DNA of 54,471 nt from Prorocentrum cordatum (GCA_963575745.1 CAUYUJ010000238.1:62001-116471), one strand, 5' to 3'. Shown: positions 1-12,254, numbered from the stretch's first letter. Translations and numbers: made by a program. The notes: generated by a model not told the origin, from the sequence alone.

Positions 1-242
1 AATATGAATCCTTGTATGGGGCCTATGAAGAGGGAGGTTGGAGGGAGGATTGATTAGCGTACCGTTGATAAGCCTTGGGCTTACACTACGCACTGCGGAG
101 CGCTGCGGTCTGTCCGCGAAGCCTGCACCGCGCACGCGCGGCGCGACGCAAAGACCTCCACCCCACCCCACATCCTCCGAATGTCCTCAGAGGCAGGGGG
201 GGGAACCTCAGGAAACAGCCTCAGGACTGGGCTTGCACTGGT

Positions 243-717
243 CCTCCTCCTCGTCCTCCTCCTCCTCCTGCTCCTCCTCCTCCTCCTCCTCCTCCTCCTC
301 CTCCTCCTCCTCCTCCTCCTCATTGAAGGTCCCCCACTGGACCAGAGGTCCCGCAAGCTTGCTCGAGTCGCGCGTCGAAGCTACGAGCAACATCTTTCAC
401 GCTCACCAGCCTCACCAGTCAGTTTGGTGAGCCAGAGGTGGAGAGGCAGCAGTCGCCCAGGGTTTCTCTTGTCTTGCCTTGCTTCCTCCTCCTCCTCCTC
501 CTCCTCCTCCTCCTCCTCCTCCTCCTCCTCCTCCTCCTCCTGCTCCTCCTCCCCCTCTCTCCTCCTCCTCCTCCTCCTCCTCCTCTTCCTCCCCTCCTCC
601 TCCTCCTCCTCTTCCTCCTCCTCCTCCTCCCCTCCTCCTCCTCCTCCTCCTCCTCCTCCTCCTCCTCCTCCTCCTCCTCCTCCTCCTCCTCCTCCTCCTC
701 CTCCTCCTCCTCCTCCT
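243..717. repeat. (CCT)n microsatellite, two blocks (243-322 and 484-717)
   Basis: Direct reading of CCT triplets with occasional register slips. These explain the poly-S/P/L ORFs. Confidence 0.97.
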
Positions 718-1074
718 GCATCTGCGCGGGAGCGAGAGCGGCGCGCCGTAGGCCCCTTCCCGCTCCGCCCCGCGCGAGCGGCAGCCGCGTGTCGTCGCCG
801 TCGCCGCCGCCGGTCATGACGCTGCGGGCGTCCCGTCGTCTGTCGCGTCGTCGTCGCTGGCGCTGTCCCGGCGGCCGCCGTCGCTGCTGTTGCTTGTGGC
901 TGCCTGTTTCTCTGCCTGGACCCCGTGCCACTTTCTGGGCGCGCGCGCGAGTCCAAGCTAGAATCCTAGAGTCCTCCTGCATTTTGCCTCCTGCTAGCGG
1001 GCGCCCCTCCCGAGGGGGACCTCCTCACGGAGCTGGAGATCGTAGACCTCGACGTGGGGGGAGGGGGGGGCGGC

Positions 1075-1107
1075 GCGACCACGACAATGACCACGACCAT
1101 GACGATA

Positions 1108-1163
<56 letters not shown>

Positions 1164-1552
1164 GGGTCCCGGCCGGGTCAGCGCGGAGGGGTTGAGGCCT
1201 CGACGCGATCGGGGGTTCCCGCGGAGGCTTTTGGAGGGCAGCCGGAGGCCTTCGGAGGCCTCGCAGGGCCCTCGGAGGGCTCGCAGGCCTTCGGAAGCTC
1301 CCGGGGACCTCCAGTGGCCTCCGGAAACTCATGGGGGCCTTCGGAAGGACCTTCTTCCTCGTCCTCCTCCTCCTCCTCCTCCTCCTCCTCCTCCTCCTCC
1401 TCCTCCTCCTCCTCCTCCTCCTCCTCCTCCTCCTCCTCCTCCTCCTCCTCCTCCTCCTCCTCCTCCTCCTCCTCCTCCTCCTCCTCCTCCTCCTCCTCCT
1501 CCTCCTCCTCCTCCTCCTCCTCCTCCTCCTCCTCCTCTCTTCCTCCTCGTCC
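1075..1552. repeat. (GAC)n tract (about 1075-1162) and pure (CCT)n tract (about 1353-1552)
   Basis: Direct reading. Confidence 0.95.
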
Positions 1553-2439
1553 TCGGGAGGCCTCTGGGGGCCTCGGGGGCCCCGTCTGCAGACCTCGGGA
1601 GACTTCCAGGCGGTCCGCGCCGCCTTGGCGCTGCGGCGGCGCAGGCGCAGGCGCTCAAAGGTTGGGGGTCCTCTGGGTGCCCGGCTCGGGCAGGGGCCCC
1701 GCAGGATTTTGTTTCCCTTCGCAGCGTGGCAGAGGCGACCCGCACGCGCGCTCGAGTAGCCGAGGGCGCGCGACATACTAATTGACTGGCAGCAAGAGAA
1801 GACGGGGTGCAGCGGCCGCGGGAAACAGGCGGAGGAGGAGGGAGGGCACTCACCACAGAGAGAGTTTCAGGGTGAGCGCGCTGATGTGGCCAGCCTGAGC
1901 TGAGGAGGTCTGCCCCGCAGGGAGCAGGTCTGAGGTGGCCCAGCACTGGTTCCAGCCAGCAGGGAGGAGGGGAAGAGGTTCGAGGCGCTGGGTTCGAGCA
2001 GGTTTCTCGCCTTTTCCGGCCTCCAGAGACCGTTTTCGGCCCCCAGGACCGTCACAAACGGGCCTGGGGTGAAAAGCTGCGCCAGGTGGACCCCGGGAGG
2101 GGTCTTCGGATTGATTTTGAGCGCGTTTCCTTTCATCCCCCCCTTCTTGGCCGATTTTCTCGGGGCCCCACCAGCTCAGACCCCCTGGCCACCTCCAGGT
2201 TGAGCGGTCCACGCTGTGCCAGAAACCAGGGCCCTTCTCCTCAAGGCAGGATCTGTTTGCACGCGAGCTCTACTGATGCAGCGAGTCAGGTAAAAAGCTC
2301 ATCCTCCCTCTTCCCTCTCCCCCTATCCCTCCTCCTTATGAGCAGTTCCTCCCTGTCTCGCCCCGTGGCCGGCCGAAAGGGTGGGCTGGGCGTTTCGCCC
2401 GAGATCTCTTCCCCACTTGTGATCCTGAAGCTTGAAATT

Positions 2440-4660
2440 TGCAAAAGCTTCACGGATGGAGGGCGGCCCGTGTTCAAAATGCGATTGCAATTGTAGCGCC
2501 GCGCGCATTCGCTCTTAAAAGATGCAAGAGCTTCACGGATTGAGGGCGGCCCGTTTTCAAAGTGCGGTTCTCGCCTTAGCGCCGCGCACATTCGGTTTAA
2601 AGATTGCAGCGGTTTCACGAATGGAGGGCGGCCCGTTTTCAGAAAGTGGCTCTCGCCTCAGCGCCGCGCACATTCGGTTTAAAAACTGCAGCGGCCTCAC
2701 GAGGGGGGCGCGGCCCGTTTTCGAAAAGTGGTTCCCGCCTCAGCGCCGCGCACATTCGGTTGAAGAACTGCAGCGGCCTCAGGAGGGGGGGGGCGGCCCG
2801 TTTTCAAAAAGTGGCTCTCGCCTCAGCGCCGCGCACAGTCGGTTTAAAAACTGCAGCGGCCTCACGAGTGGGGGGCGGCCCGTTTTCGAAAAGTGGTTCC
2901 CGCCTCAGTGCCGCGCACATTCGGCTTAAGAACTGCAGCGGCCTCACGAGCGGGGGGCGGCCCGTTTTCGAAAAGTGGTTCTCGCCTCAGCGCCGCGCAC
3001 ATGCGGCTTAAGAACTGCAGCGGCCTCACGAGCGGGGGGCGGCCCGTTTTCGAAAAGTGGTTCTCGCCTCAGCGCCGCGCACATTCGGCTTAAGAACTGC
3101 AGCGGCCTCACGAGCGGGGGGCGGCCCGTTTTCGAAAAGTGGCTCTACCTTCAGCGCCGCGCACATTCGGCTTAAGAACTGCAGCGGCCTCACGAGCGGG
3201 GGGCGGCCCGTTTTCAGAAAGTGGCTCCCGCCTCAGCACTGCGCACATTCGGCTTAATAACTGCAGCGGCTTCACGAGCGGGGGGCTGCCCGTTTTCGAA
3301 AAGTGGTTCTCGCCGCAGCGCCGCGCACATTCGGCTTAAGAAATGCAGCGGCCTCACGCGCGGGGGGCGGCCCGTTTTCGAAAAGTGGTTCTCGCCTCAG
3401 CGCCGCGCACATTCGGCTTAAGAGCTGCAGCGGCCTCACGAGCGGGGGGGCGGCCCGTTTTCGAAAAGTGGTCCTCGCCTCAGCGCCGCGCACATTCGGC
3501 TTAAGAACTGCAGCGGCCTCACGGGCGGGGGGCGGCCCGTTTTCGAAAAGTGGCTCTCGCCGCAGCGCCGCGCACATTCGGCTTAAGAGCTGCAGCGGCC
3601 TCACGAGCGGGGGGCGGCCCGTTTTCGAAAAGTGGTTCTCGCCTCAGCGCCGCGCACATTCGGCTGGAGAACTGCAGCGGCCTCAGGGGGTCAAGTGGAT
3701 CTCGCCTCAGCGCCGCGCACATTCGGCTTAAGAAATGCAGCGGCCTCACGAGCGGGGGGCGGCCCGTTTTCGAAAAGAGGCTCTCGCCTCAGCGCCGCGC
3801 ACATTCGGCTTAAGAACTGCAGCGGCCTCACGAGCGGGGGGCGGCCCGTTTTCAAAAAGTGGTTCTCGCCTCAGCGCCGCGCACATTCGGCTTAAGAACT
3901 GCAGCGGCCTCACGAGCGGGGGGCCCCGTTTTCGAAAAGTGGCTCTCGCCTCAGCGCGGCGCACATTCGGCTTAAGAAATGCAGCGGCCTCACGAGCGGG
4001 GGGCGCCCGTTTTCGAAAAGTGGCTCTCGCCTCAGCGCCGCGCACATTCGGCTTAAGAACTGCAGCGGCCTCACGAGCGGGGGGCGGCCCGTTTTCGAAA
4101 AGTGGCTCTCGCCTCAGCGCCGCGCACATTCGGCTTAAGAATTGCAGCGGCCTCACGAGCTGGGGCGGCCCGTTTTCGAAAAGTGGCTCTCGCCTCAGCG
4201 CCGCGCACATTCGGCTTAAGAACTGCAGCGGCCTCACGAGCAGGGGGCGGCCCGTTTTCGAAAAGTGGCTCTCGCCTCAGCGCCGCGCACATTCGGCTTA
4301 AGAATTGCAGCGGCCTCACGAGCGGGGGGCGGCCCGTTTTCGAAAAGTGGCTCTCGCCTCAGCGCCGCGCACATTCGGCTTAAGAATTGCAGCGGCCTCA
4401 CGAGCAGGGGGCGGCCCGTTTTCGAAAAGTGGCTCTCGCCTCAGCGCGGCGCACATTCGGCTTAAGAATTGCAGCGGCCTCACGAGCGGGGGGCGGCCCG
4501 TTTTCGAAAAGTGGCTCTCGCCTCAGCGCCGCGCACATTCGGCTTAAGAACTGCAGCGGCCTCACGAGCGGGGGGCGGCCCGTTTTCGAAAAGTGGCTCT
4601 CGCCTCAGCGCCGCGCACATTCGGCTTAAGAATTGCAGCGGCCTCACGAGCGGGGGCGGC
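2440..4660 (+). repeat. 82-bp tandem satellite, about 27 copies
   Basis: Unit GAAAAGTGGCTCTCGCCTCAGCGCCGCGCACATTCGGCTTAAGAACTGCAGCGGCCTCACGAGCGGGGGGCGGCCCGTTTTC repeats every 82 nt (ORF starts at 2893, 2975, 3057, 3139). Left copies are diverged and one unit is truncated near 3685. Confidence 0.97.
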
Positions 4661-5244
4661 CCGCTCCCAGAGTGTGGTTTTTGGCCTCCGCGTAGCGCAC
4701 CTCCGCTCTAAGAACTTAAGAGCCTACAAAGATCTAAATTCTAAAATGCTGTATGGCGCCTTTGTGCGCTCCCTTATGCCCCCCCAATTTCGGCGCACCC
4801 GTATGGCGCCCCTGTGCGCTCCCCTATGCCGCCCCCCTTTTCGGCGCACCCCATCACGCAGATCCTTGCCTTCGGAACGCCAGGAACGGCGTTCTGGGAG
4901 GATCTGCAAAACCCAGGGCGCACCCGTCACCGTGCCGCAGCGCTAAGGATGCGAACTGGGGATCCGTCTCCTCGAGGCAACGAGCTATCCCGCGCTCGTT
5001 GCGCAGCCACTCCCTGCAATCTCACAGCCGCTGGGCGACGTCCCTGTGACGCACAGGGACTCGCGTAAATATACGTTTTTCTTCAAATCGCGTCGTCGCG
5101 CGCGCGTGCCGCATCGCCGTTGCAGCGGCTTCCCAGAAGACTTTGCGCGACTGTCGTCGTCGTCGTCGTCGTTTTGAGATCAATATGTCTTGGGTCATGG
5201 GTGGGTGGGACACGCCCAACAGGCTTCAAGTTTGGGCTAGTGGG

Positions 5245-5310
5245 CCCTAGACCCCTAAACCCTAAACCTTACCCTAAAGCCGAACCCTTGAACTCTAAAC
5301 CATAACCTTA
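5245..5310 (+). repeat. Degenerate interstitial telomere-like (CCCTAAA)n tract
   Basis: CCCTAAACCCTAAACCTTACCCTAAAG...CTCTAAACCATAACCTTA. The reverse complement of CCCTAAA is TTTAGGG, the plant/dinoflagellate telomere repeat. Confidence 0.7.
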
Positions 5311-6186
5311 CGAAGTAAGAGCCTATAAAGATTTACATACTAAAGCACCCATCGTGCTCCTTAAGCCGCCCCTTATGCCGCCCCCCAGTTCGGCGCACCC
5401 CTCACGCAGATTCTTGCCCTCGGCGTGCCAGGAATGGTGTTCTGGGAGCTTTTGCAAATCCCAGGGCGCACCCCTCAGATCCTTGCCCTCGGAGTGCCAA
5501 GAATGGTGTTCTGGGAGCTTTGGCAGATCGCAGGGCGCAATCCTCACGCAGATCCTAGTCCTCGGAGCTCCAGGAATGGCGTTATGGGCGGATCTGCAAA
5601 ACCCAGGGCGCACCCCTCACGCAGATTCGTGGCCTCGCACTGCCAGGAATGGCGTTATGGGAGCCTCGTCGCGGGGGAGCGCTCTCGCCAAGCAACGAAC
5701 AATCCCGCGCGCCTCGTGGCAAGCCGGGGCATGCATCGCTAAGGCGTCGGTAAGTTGTTGCGGGGAGCTACTCGTTTTTGTCGCTTCGCGTGCGCGCGTC
5801 GCATCGCCCTTGCACCGGCCTTCGCGCACCGCGCCGCAGTGCTAAGGATGCGAACTGGGGATCCGTCTTCTCGAGGCAACGAGCTATCCCGCGCTCGTTG
5901 CGCAGCCACTCCCTGCAATCTCACCGTTGCTGGGCGGCGTCCCTGCGACGCACAGGGACTCGCGTAAATATAGGTTGTTTTTCAAATCGCGTCGTCGCGC
6001 GCGCGCGTGCCGCATCGCCGTTGCAGCGGCTTCCCAGAAGACTTTGCGCGACTGTCGTCGTCGTCGTTTTGAGATCAATATCGTTGTCTTCGTCATCGGT
6101 ATCGTCCTCATCGTTTTGAGATCAATATGTCTTGGGTCGTGGGTGGGTGGGACACGTCCAACAGGCTTCAAGTTTGGGCGAGTGGA

Positions 6187-6271
6187 CCTTAAACTCTAAA
6201 CCCGAAACCCGACCTTCACTAAACCCTAAACCAACCCCAAACCCGAATCTTGAAAACTGATTAAACCCTAG
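6187..6271 (+). repeat. Degenerate interstitial telomere-like (CCCTAAA)n tract
   Basis: CCTTAAACTCTAAACCCGAAA...CACTAAACCCTAAA...AAACCCTAG at the equivalent position of duplicate copy 2. Confidence 0.65.
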
Positions 6272-6279
6272 AAAATTCC

Positions 6280-7070
6280 AAGAGCTTCACGGATGGAGGG
6301 TGGTTCCGTTTCAAGGTGTGACTCTCGCTGTAGCGCCGCGCACAGATTCGTTTCAACGACAGTTTCGAGGGTTGCACGGCGAACGTCTCAGGAGTGGTGT
6401 TTTGGCACGGTGTCGGAACGTCAGGGCGCAGCAGTCACGTTGATTCGCGGCACTCGAGTCCCAGGGATAGCGTTTTGGCGAGATTCAAGATCGTCTAGAC
6501 GCAACAGTACCGGTGAGTCGCGGCGTTGAAGTCCCAGGAAGTGTGTTCTGGCATTGTTCCGGATGTTCAAATGATCGTCCTTCAACCAGGCATTTTCTTT
6601 AGTGGAAAAGACTTCTTCTAGGGGCCAATGAAGACGGACCGAGGAAGGAGAGTGTATTGCAATATCGTTCATGGGTCTTGGGTTAACATCGGCTTCTGTC
6701 TAGTACTTTCGTTTTCCTTCTGAATCATTCCTCCTTGTCGCACCCTGGGGCCAGTCGGAAGGGCGGGTCGGACGTTTCGCTTGAGACCTCCTCACCATGT
6801 ATGAGCCTTACGCTTAGAAGCTGGCAACAGCTTAACAGATGTAGGGCGGGCCGTTTTCAAAATGCGGTTCTCGCCTTAGCGCCGCGCGCATTCGCTCCAG
6901 CATATTGTAACAGCTTCACGGATTGAGGACAGGCCGTTTTCAAAATGTGAGTTTCGCTTCAGCGCCGCAAGTTGCAAGAGCTTCACGGATTGAGGGCAGC
7001 TCGTTTTCGCGGCTCTCGCCTTAGCGCCGCGCACACTCGTTTAAAACATGTGCAGGGGTTTCACGGTTTC
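6280..7070 (+). repeat. Diverged copies of the 82-bp satellite (about 6280-6355 and 6815-7070)
   Basis: CAAGAGCTTCACGGATTGAGGGC...TTTTCAAAATGCGGTTCTCGCCTTAGCGCCGCGCGCATTCG matches the left-end variants at 2440-2600. Confidence 0.8.
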
Positions 7071-7487
7071 TCATGATTAACGTACGAGAAACTACGTATC
7101 ACAATGATTCTGGATTGTCAAGGCGCAACAGTTTCATGGATTCGAGGTGTTAGAGTCCCAGAAATGGTGTTCTGGCACGGTTCAGGATCGTCAAGACGCA
7201 GCAGTCCCGTTTACTAATGGAGTAGTAGTATTAGGAATGGCGTTTTGGCACGCTACCGGATTTTCAACCAGTTGTCTCCCAACGGGGCACTTGAATCTTA
7301 CAGGGGCATATGAAGAGGGAGTTGATGAGTTTTGTAGTTATATTGGTCCTTTTCCTCCTGCTCTTTCCTCCTCCTCATATTCGTCCTCCTCCTCCAGTTC
7401 CTGAGTTCCTGGGGAGCCGCTTGCTTCGGACTCAAGCAGGCCCTCGCAAACCCGAGCGCTGCCAGACTCCACATTGTCGCCGCTTCC

Positions 7488-8245
7488 CGAGACCTTGGGA
7501 GATCCTGCGGCTCGCCGTCTTACGGGACCTCCTCCATTTCGGTTTTGATTAGTTCACACTTGGTGCCGCTCCGCAAGACCCTGGGAGATCCAGCTGCTCG
7601 CCGTCTCACGCGGATCCAACGGGACCTCGCTTCTTTGGATGCTTTTGGTAGGTGGGTATCTCAAGCTCTCCGCCGCTTCTGGCGGTGTGCGTTGCTGTGT
7701 TCCTGATCGTTAACATTGTCACGTGTGTGGAGCTACACTGTCAATACCGTGCTTTCCTGTGGCTTTGCTGCGTTCCTGCTCGCAACGCACACCGCCAGAG
7801 GCGGCGGAGAGCTTGAGAGATCCACCTATCAAAATTGGCTCACAACATGCGCCGCTCCCTGAGACCTGGGGGGTCCAGCGGCTCGCCGCCCTTTGCGGAT
7901 TCCAACGGGACCTCGCTTACTTGGGTGCTGCCTGGCTCACACTTGTCGCAACTCCTTGATATCCTAGGGTTATGATTTTCCAACCTACTTTAGCCTTGAC
8001 CACCAGAAAGAATCTCGAGCACCAGAACAAACTACCGAAACTCAAGGGTTTTCACGTGCCGGGCCCTGAGAGACACTCGTCCGACACTGCTTCGACACTG
8101 TTTCGACACCGTTTTCGACACTTTCCTGGGCGCTCGAAATTCTTTCTGGGATGTGGTCCGCAAGTACGGTGGGAGCAACATAACCCTAGGGGGTCCAGCG
8201 GCTGCCCGTCTCACGCGGATCCAAACCGGGACCTCGTTGGCTTGG
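7488..8245 (+). repeat. Four dispersed ~50-60 bp direct repeats
   Basis: GACCYTGGGRGRTCCWGCKGCTCGCCGTCTYACG...GGGACCTC-like motif at about 7490, 7577, 7861 and 8185. Confidence 0.7.
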
Positions 8246-9114
8246 GCACTGCCAGCCTCAGCACCGTCGCCATTTCCTGGCCCATCCGGGAATCCAACGG
8301 CTCGTCGTCCAACGCGGATGCAAGCGAGATCTCGCCTATTGGGATGTTGCGAGGCACAGAAGGGGTCGCCATGTTCTGGGATTTTTGCATATCCGACGGG
8401 TCACCGTCCCATGCAGACCCAAACGGAATTTCGGTTACATGGGTATTGCCGGACTCGAGATTGCCGCCATTTTCTGAGCCCTTGGCGGTTGCAGCGGTGT
8501 GCCGTCTCGCGCAGGTCCAGATTGGATGTCGCTTCCGTGGGTTTTGCAAGACGTCTTGGGTGTCTTGGGTACGCCCTTGGGTGATGTGGATTCGCTAGTT
8601 TCCCCGAGATGGGCCGTCGCAGGTCGCACGCCCTGGCCGAAGAGCTTGGCCCTTGCGGGCTGAGATCTGTGACGACGGTCGCGGTGGCGATCTGTACCCT
8701 GACGACCGCGGGCCTGGGAATCGGAATCGGAGCGGGCGACGTGTCACGCGGTCACCACGAGTGTGTTGCGGGATGCTGTCAAGACACGGATTGCACATGC
8801 TTAGATACAGTGGCGCACGCACGTGCGCCCCCGCGTGCACGCAGCAGGCCATGAAGTGTGTTCGACAAGTCGGCCAGGACCATCACGAAGGCGCACGATC
8901 GTCGAGAGGATGGTCTCTCCCCCTCTAAAGGCTGCACGCACGCGTACGCGTAGGCGGTGCAGCTCGCGCACATTCGCACGACAGTTGTCTCATGTGTATC
9001 TTGCCCTCCCTCTGCATTGACTCTGCGTGCATTGTTGGTTGCTCGTATCTCCCGAATGGGGGCACGGTATTATATCGTCATGCGTTGGTTGTCTAATGAG
9101 ATCCGCAACGAGCC

Positions 9115-9720
9115 ATGGAAGGCAACCAGGGGAATGGAAGACACCGTGACGGAGGGAAGGTTGACAAGAACAGGATCACCGTCGAGCAGAAGAGCTCTGC
9201 TGTTGCAGCCATCGAAGACCTCATATTTCGTGACCTTGAGGAAGTGTGAGTGGTTTTTCGCACATGCTTGGGTGCCCATGTTTTCACCACGTTCGCGCGC
9301 AGCTCATTCTGTGTAGCATGTAAGTCTCAAGTTTTTAGTTGCCGCGCCGCATCGACCACGACTCATTCGCGAGGCCTTGGGTCCAGAAGAAATGTGCGAC
9401 CTCACAGCAGCAGCGCCCGCAGACACAGCCAAGGAGTAATCGGAGGGCGTTACACGTTGCACTCATTCATCGGGTCGGGATCGTCGCCGTTTGCCCAACA
9501 AGTTTCCAGAGAAACGCACCCAGGGCTCACGGCGGCGTTCATTGGCGATTTCGGTTCAACAGTTTTTGCACTGAAGAGGGATGCTAAAGCTCAGAGCCCA
9601 GTGCGCTTTCACGCTAAACAGGGTCGCAACGAAACCGATGCCTACCGCTATGAGGGCTGCAGATGTGCACCTTCTATCTTGTTCCCAAAGTCTTGGATCG
9701 AAATGTTGTTCGCCCCCCAG
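9115..9720 (+). pseudogene. Frameshifted remnant of a CMGC/DYRK-like protein kinase N-lobe
   Basis: From 9433 the translation reads GVIGGRYTLHSFIGSGSS (subdomain I-like), then FALKR...RFHAKQGRNE (subdomain II/III-like; compare DYRK VALK...RFHRQAAEE). After a frameshift it reads FYLVPKVLDRNV (subdomain V-like). A GCCATGG start at 9115 opens a 44-codon segment ending at GTGAG. No HRD or C-lobe is present. Confidence 0.55.
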
Positions 9721-9924
9721 CGCCAGTCACATTTCCAGCCCTGATTGGCTGGGCATTGCCGCCTGCATACGCAACTCACACCGGAGTGTCGGGCGCAGTT
9801 CCCGCCCAGAACGGTGCTCCTGCTGCGTCGCTGGCCACACTCCTGGCTGAGGATGCTGCTCCCGCCTCGGCGCCCGTCGCAGATTCGGCCCAGAAGGGTG
9901 TGCGCGGAGCCGTAGAGGCGAGGG

Positions 9925-10892
9925 CGGAGGAGGAGGGGGAGGAGGAGGAGGAGGAGGAGGAGGAGGAAGAAAGAGGCGGAGGAGGAGGAGGCGGAGGAGG
10001 AGGAGGAGGAGGAGGAGGAGGAGGCGGAGGCGGAGGAGGAGCAGGCGGAGGAGGAGCTTGGGAGCGGCTCTCGCCTCAGCGCTGGCTGCATTGCTGACGT
10101 GGGCGGTCCTGGGCGGACGGTGCCCGTCGTGTGCGCGCTGGCTCCCGCAGCCTGGACGCCTGCCCCCCTCCCTGGCGATGGCCTCACTCCCTGCCTGGAA
10201 GGGCTGGGACCCCCACCTCGTCGCCGGCCACATCCCTGGCTGGGAGCTGCGCGCCAGCTACATGCCCGCCCGACGGCGGCACTCCCGTCTCGGCGCAGGC
10301 CACAAGAGGCGTTCCCGAAAGGGCCTCGCCTTCGAAGATCGAAGGAGTTGTCATCCCTTCATCTCCTCCTCCTCCTCCTCCTCCTCCTCCTCCCTCCTCC
10401 TCCTCCTCCTCCTCCTCCTCCTCCTCCTCCTCCTCCTCCTCCTCCTCCTCCTCCTCCTCCTCCTCCTCCTCCTCCTCCTCCCCTCCTCCTTCCCTCCTCT
10501 CCTCCTCCTCCTCCTCCTCCTCCTCCTCCTCCTCCTCCTCCTCCTCCTCCTCCTCCTCCTCCTCCTCCTCCTCTTCCTCTCCTCCTCCTCCTCCCTCCTC
10601 CTCCTCCCCTCCTCCTCCTCCTCCTCCTCCTCCTCCTCCTCCTCCTCCTCCTCCCTCCCTCCTCCTCCTCCTCCTCCTCCTCCTCCTCCTCCTCCTCATC
10701 CTCATCCTCCTCTCCTCCTCCTCCTCCTTCTTCTCCTCCTCCTTCTCCTCCTTCTCCTCCTCCTCCTCCTCCCTCCTCACTCTCTCCTCCTCCCACTCCT
10801 CCTCCTCCTCCTCCTCCTCCTCCTCCTCCTCCTCCTCCTCCTCCTCCTCCTCCTCCTCCTCCTCCTCCTCCTCCTGCTCCTCCCTCCTCCCC
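9925..10892. repeat. (GAG)n tract 9925-10057 and (CCT)n tract 10362-10892
   Basis: Direct reading. The two tracts are complementary to each other and flank about 300 nt. Confidence 0.95.
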
Positions 10893-11118
10893 TTGGCATG
10901 GCCCAGTGAGCCACCGCACCGCCCCGCGGCGCGCCCCAGCCAGCCGGCGGCCATGCTGGCGTCCGCGGCGCGCCGCTCGCTGGCCCTCGGGCGGCTCCAC
11001 GCGACAAGGCCCCGCTGGCGGCTCGTCGACAGCGGCCTGGGCGGCGGCTCCTGTCGGGGGCAACGACAGGGGGGGGATCGGCATAGGGGGGCAAGCAGTG
11101 GTAAAGCGTCCCAGCTCG

Positions 11119-11295
11119 CCTATAGGCCTACCGAAGAATGTTCTAAGAACCTTTTGCGGCTGGCACGAAATGTTCTCAGAACATGTATGGCTGAGACTGT
11201 CTTGTTTTAACACATCGGCCTTATGTTCTAAGAACCTGGTTTTTGTTTTGAGAACATCTCTGGGTTCTAAGAACATGTCGTGGTAGGCCTACAGG
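11119..11295. mobile_element. MITE-like element with 14-bp TIRs and five internal GTTCTNAGAAC palindromes
   Basis: CCTATAGGCCTACC at 11119 and GGTAGGCCTACAGG at 11282-11295 form an inverted repeat with 1 mismatch. The interior is AT-richer than the flanks. Confidence 0.6.
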
Positions 11296-12254
11296 AATGC
11301 CGGGACGGTCGGCCCCTGCTCAAGGGATAGGCAAAGGGGAGGTTCGAGGCTCGAGGTTTTCTGACGCTCGAGGTGGCTTCGAGGTTCGAGGTGTTCTGGC
11401 GATGTCGTTGGTTCTTGGCGGCTTCCCGGCCGTGGGATGCGTTCCAGCAGCTGCGCCTCGCCGAGGGGCGTCCGGGGCTGCCCAGATCGCCCCGAACGGC
11501 CGCCAGAGAGCCGACGGGGCGTGAAAAAATCACGACGGGAGGTTTTTCAAGGACCCTTTCCCGGCCTCGGTGTCGTCGAGAAACGACCCACCGTGAAAAG
11601 CCAGTCCCAGGGAAGGAGTCGAGGTCTCTGGGGGTCGACGTTGAGAAAAAATCGTGGCGCCGGGGGAGTCTGGGTGGCCTGAAGGACCTTCAAGTCTGGG
11701 CGCTGCAACTGTTTCACGACGGGCGTTTTCGCCCTGGCTCGGGCCCCAGGGCCCTCACGGATCGATCCGGCGCGAGAGAGGACGCAGAAAGATAGATTCC
11801 AGGGCTTTGGTCGCGATGTTCCGCGATGTTGCCTTTTTTGTTACCACGTCAGGCCTGAGGGGTGGGCCAATGTGTCCCAGCTTTCCACTGCATTCTGGAG
11901 ACCTTGGGGCCCCTCGGGGCCTCGTGAGGGCCAACACGGCTCGCCGACCCTCGCGCGCCAAGGGAGGCCGAAGGTTGACCTGAGCAGGTGGTTCAATTGC
12001 TTGCGCTGGACGGGGTGGTCTTTCCTTGCTCCGCCATCGCGCCATCGCCCAGGGCCGTGCCCTGCCGTGCCCTGGAGGTTGTGGAGGGCCTCCTTGGAGA
12101 TCTTGGAGGCACCTCGAGGCCAAGGGCACTCCCGGCAGCGCCCGATCCCAGAGGCCTCCAGGGGGGGGTGGGCCTCCGCATATCCAGCGAGGGGTTGCGC
12201 CCTCTGGCAGCCTCTGGCGAGCAGTACAGCAAAGACGCTGACACAAGGACCGCT

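Larger units (their letters stand above)
4700..6271 (+). repeat. Tandemly duplicated composite element (two copies, about 4700-5320 and 5320-6271)
   Basis: About 300 nt are near-identical between 4937-5235 and 5838-6177 (GCTAAGGATGCGAACTGGGGATCCG...CAACAGGCTTCAAGTTTGGGC). Shared ~73-bp subrepeats (GCACCCCTCACGCAGATCCTTGCC...) are amplified in copy 2. Confidence 0.9.

Noticed and set aside
2440..4660. CRISPR array
   Set aside because: The whole 82-bp unit is repeated. There are no unique spacers and no cas genes.
5245..6271. True chromosome end
   Set aside because: The repeats are short, degenerate and internal to continuous sequence.
7828..7845. Second spliced-leader relic (AAAATTGGCTCAC)
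   Set aside because: Only an 8-nt match (TTGGCTCA), with no credible downstream CDS.
9541..9560. IGDFGS as the kinase DFG motif
   Set aside because: It lies before the ALK lysine, out of subdomain order, so it was treated as coincidental.
11139..11276. STAT/GAS (TTCN3GAA) or heat-shock elements
   Set aside because: The spacing does not fit an HSE, no adjacent gene is evident, and the motifs lie within a TIR element.
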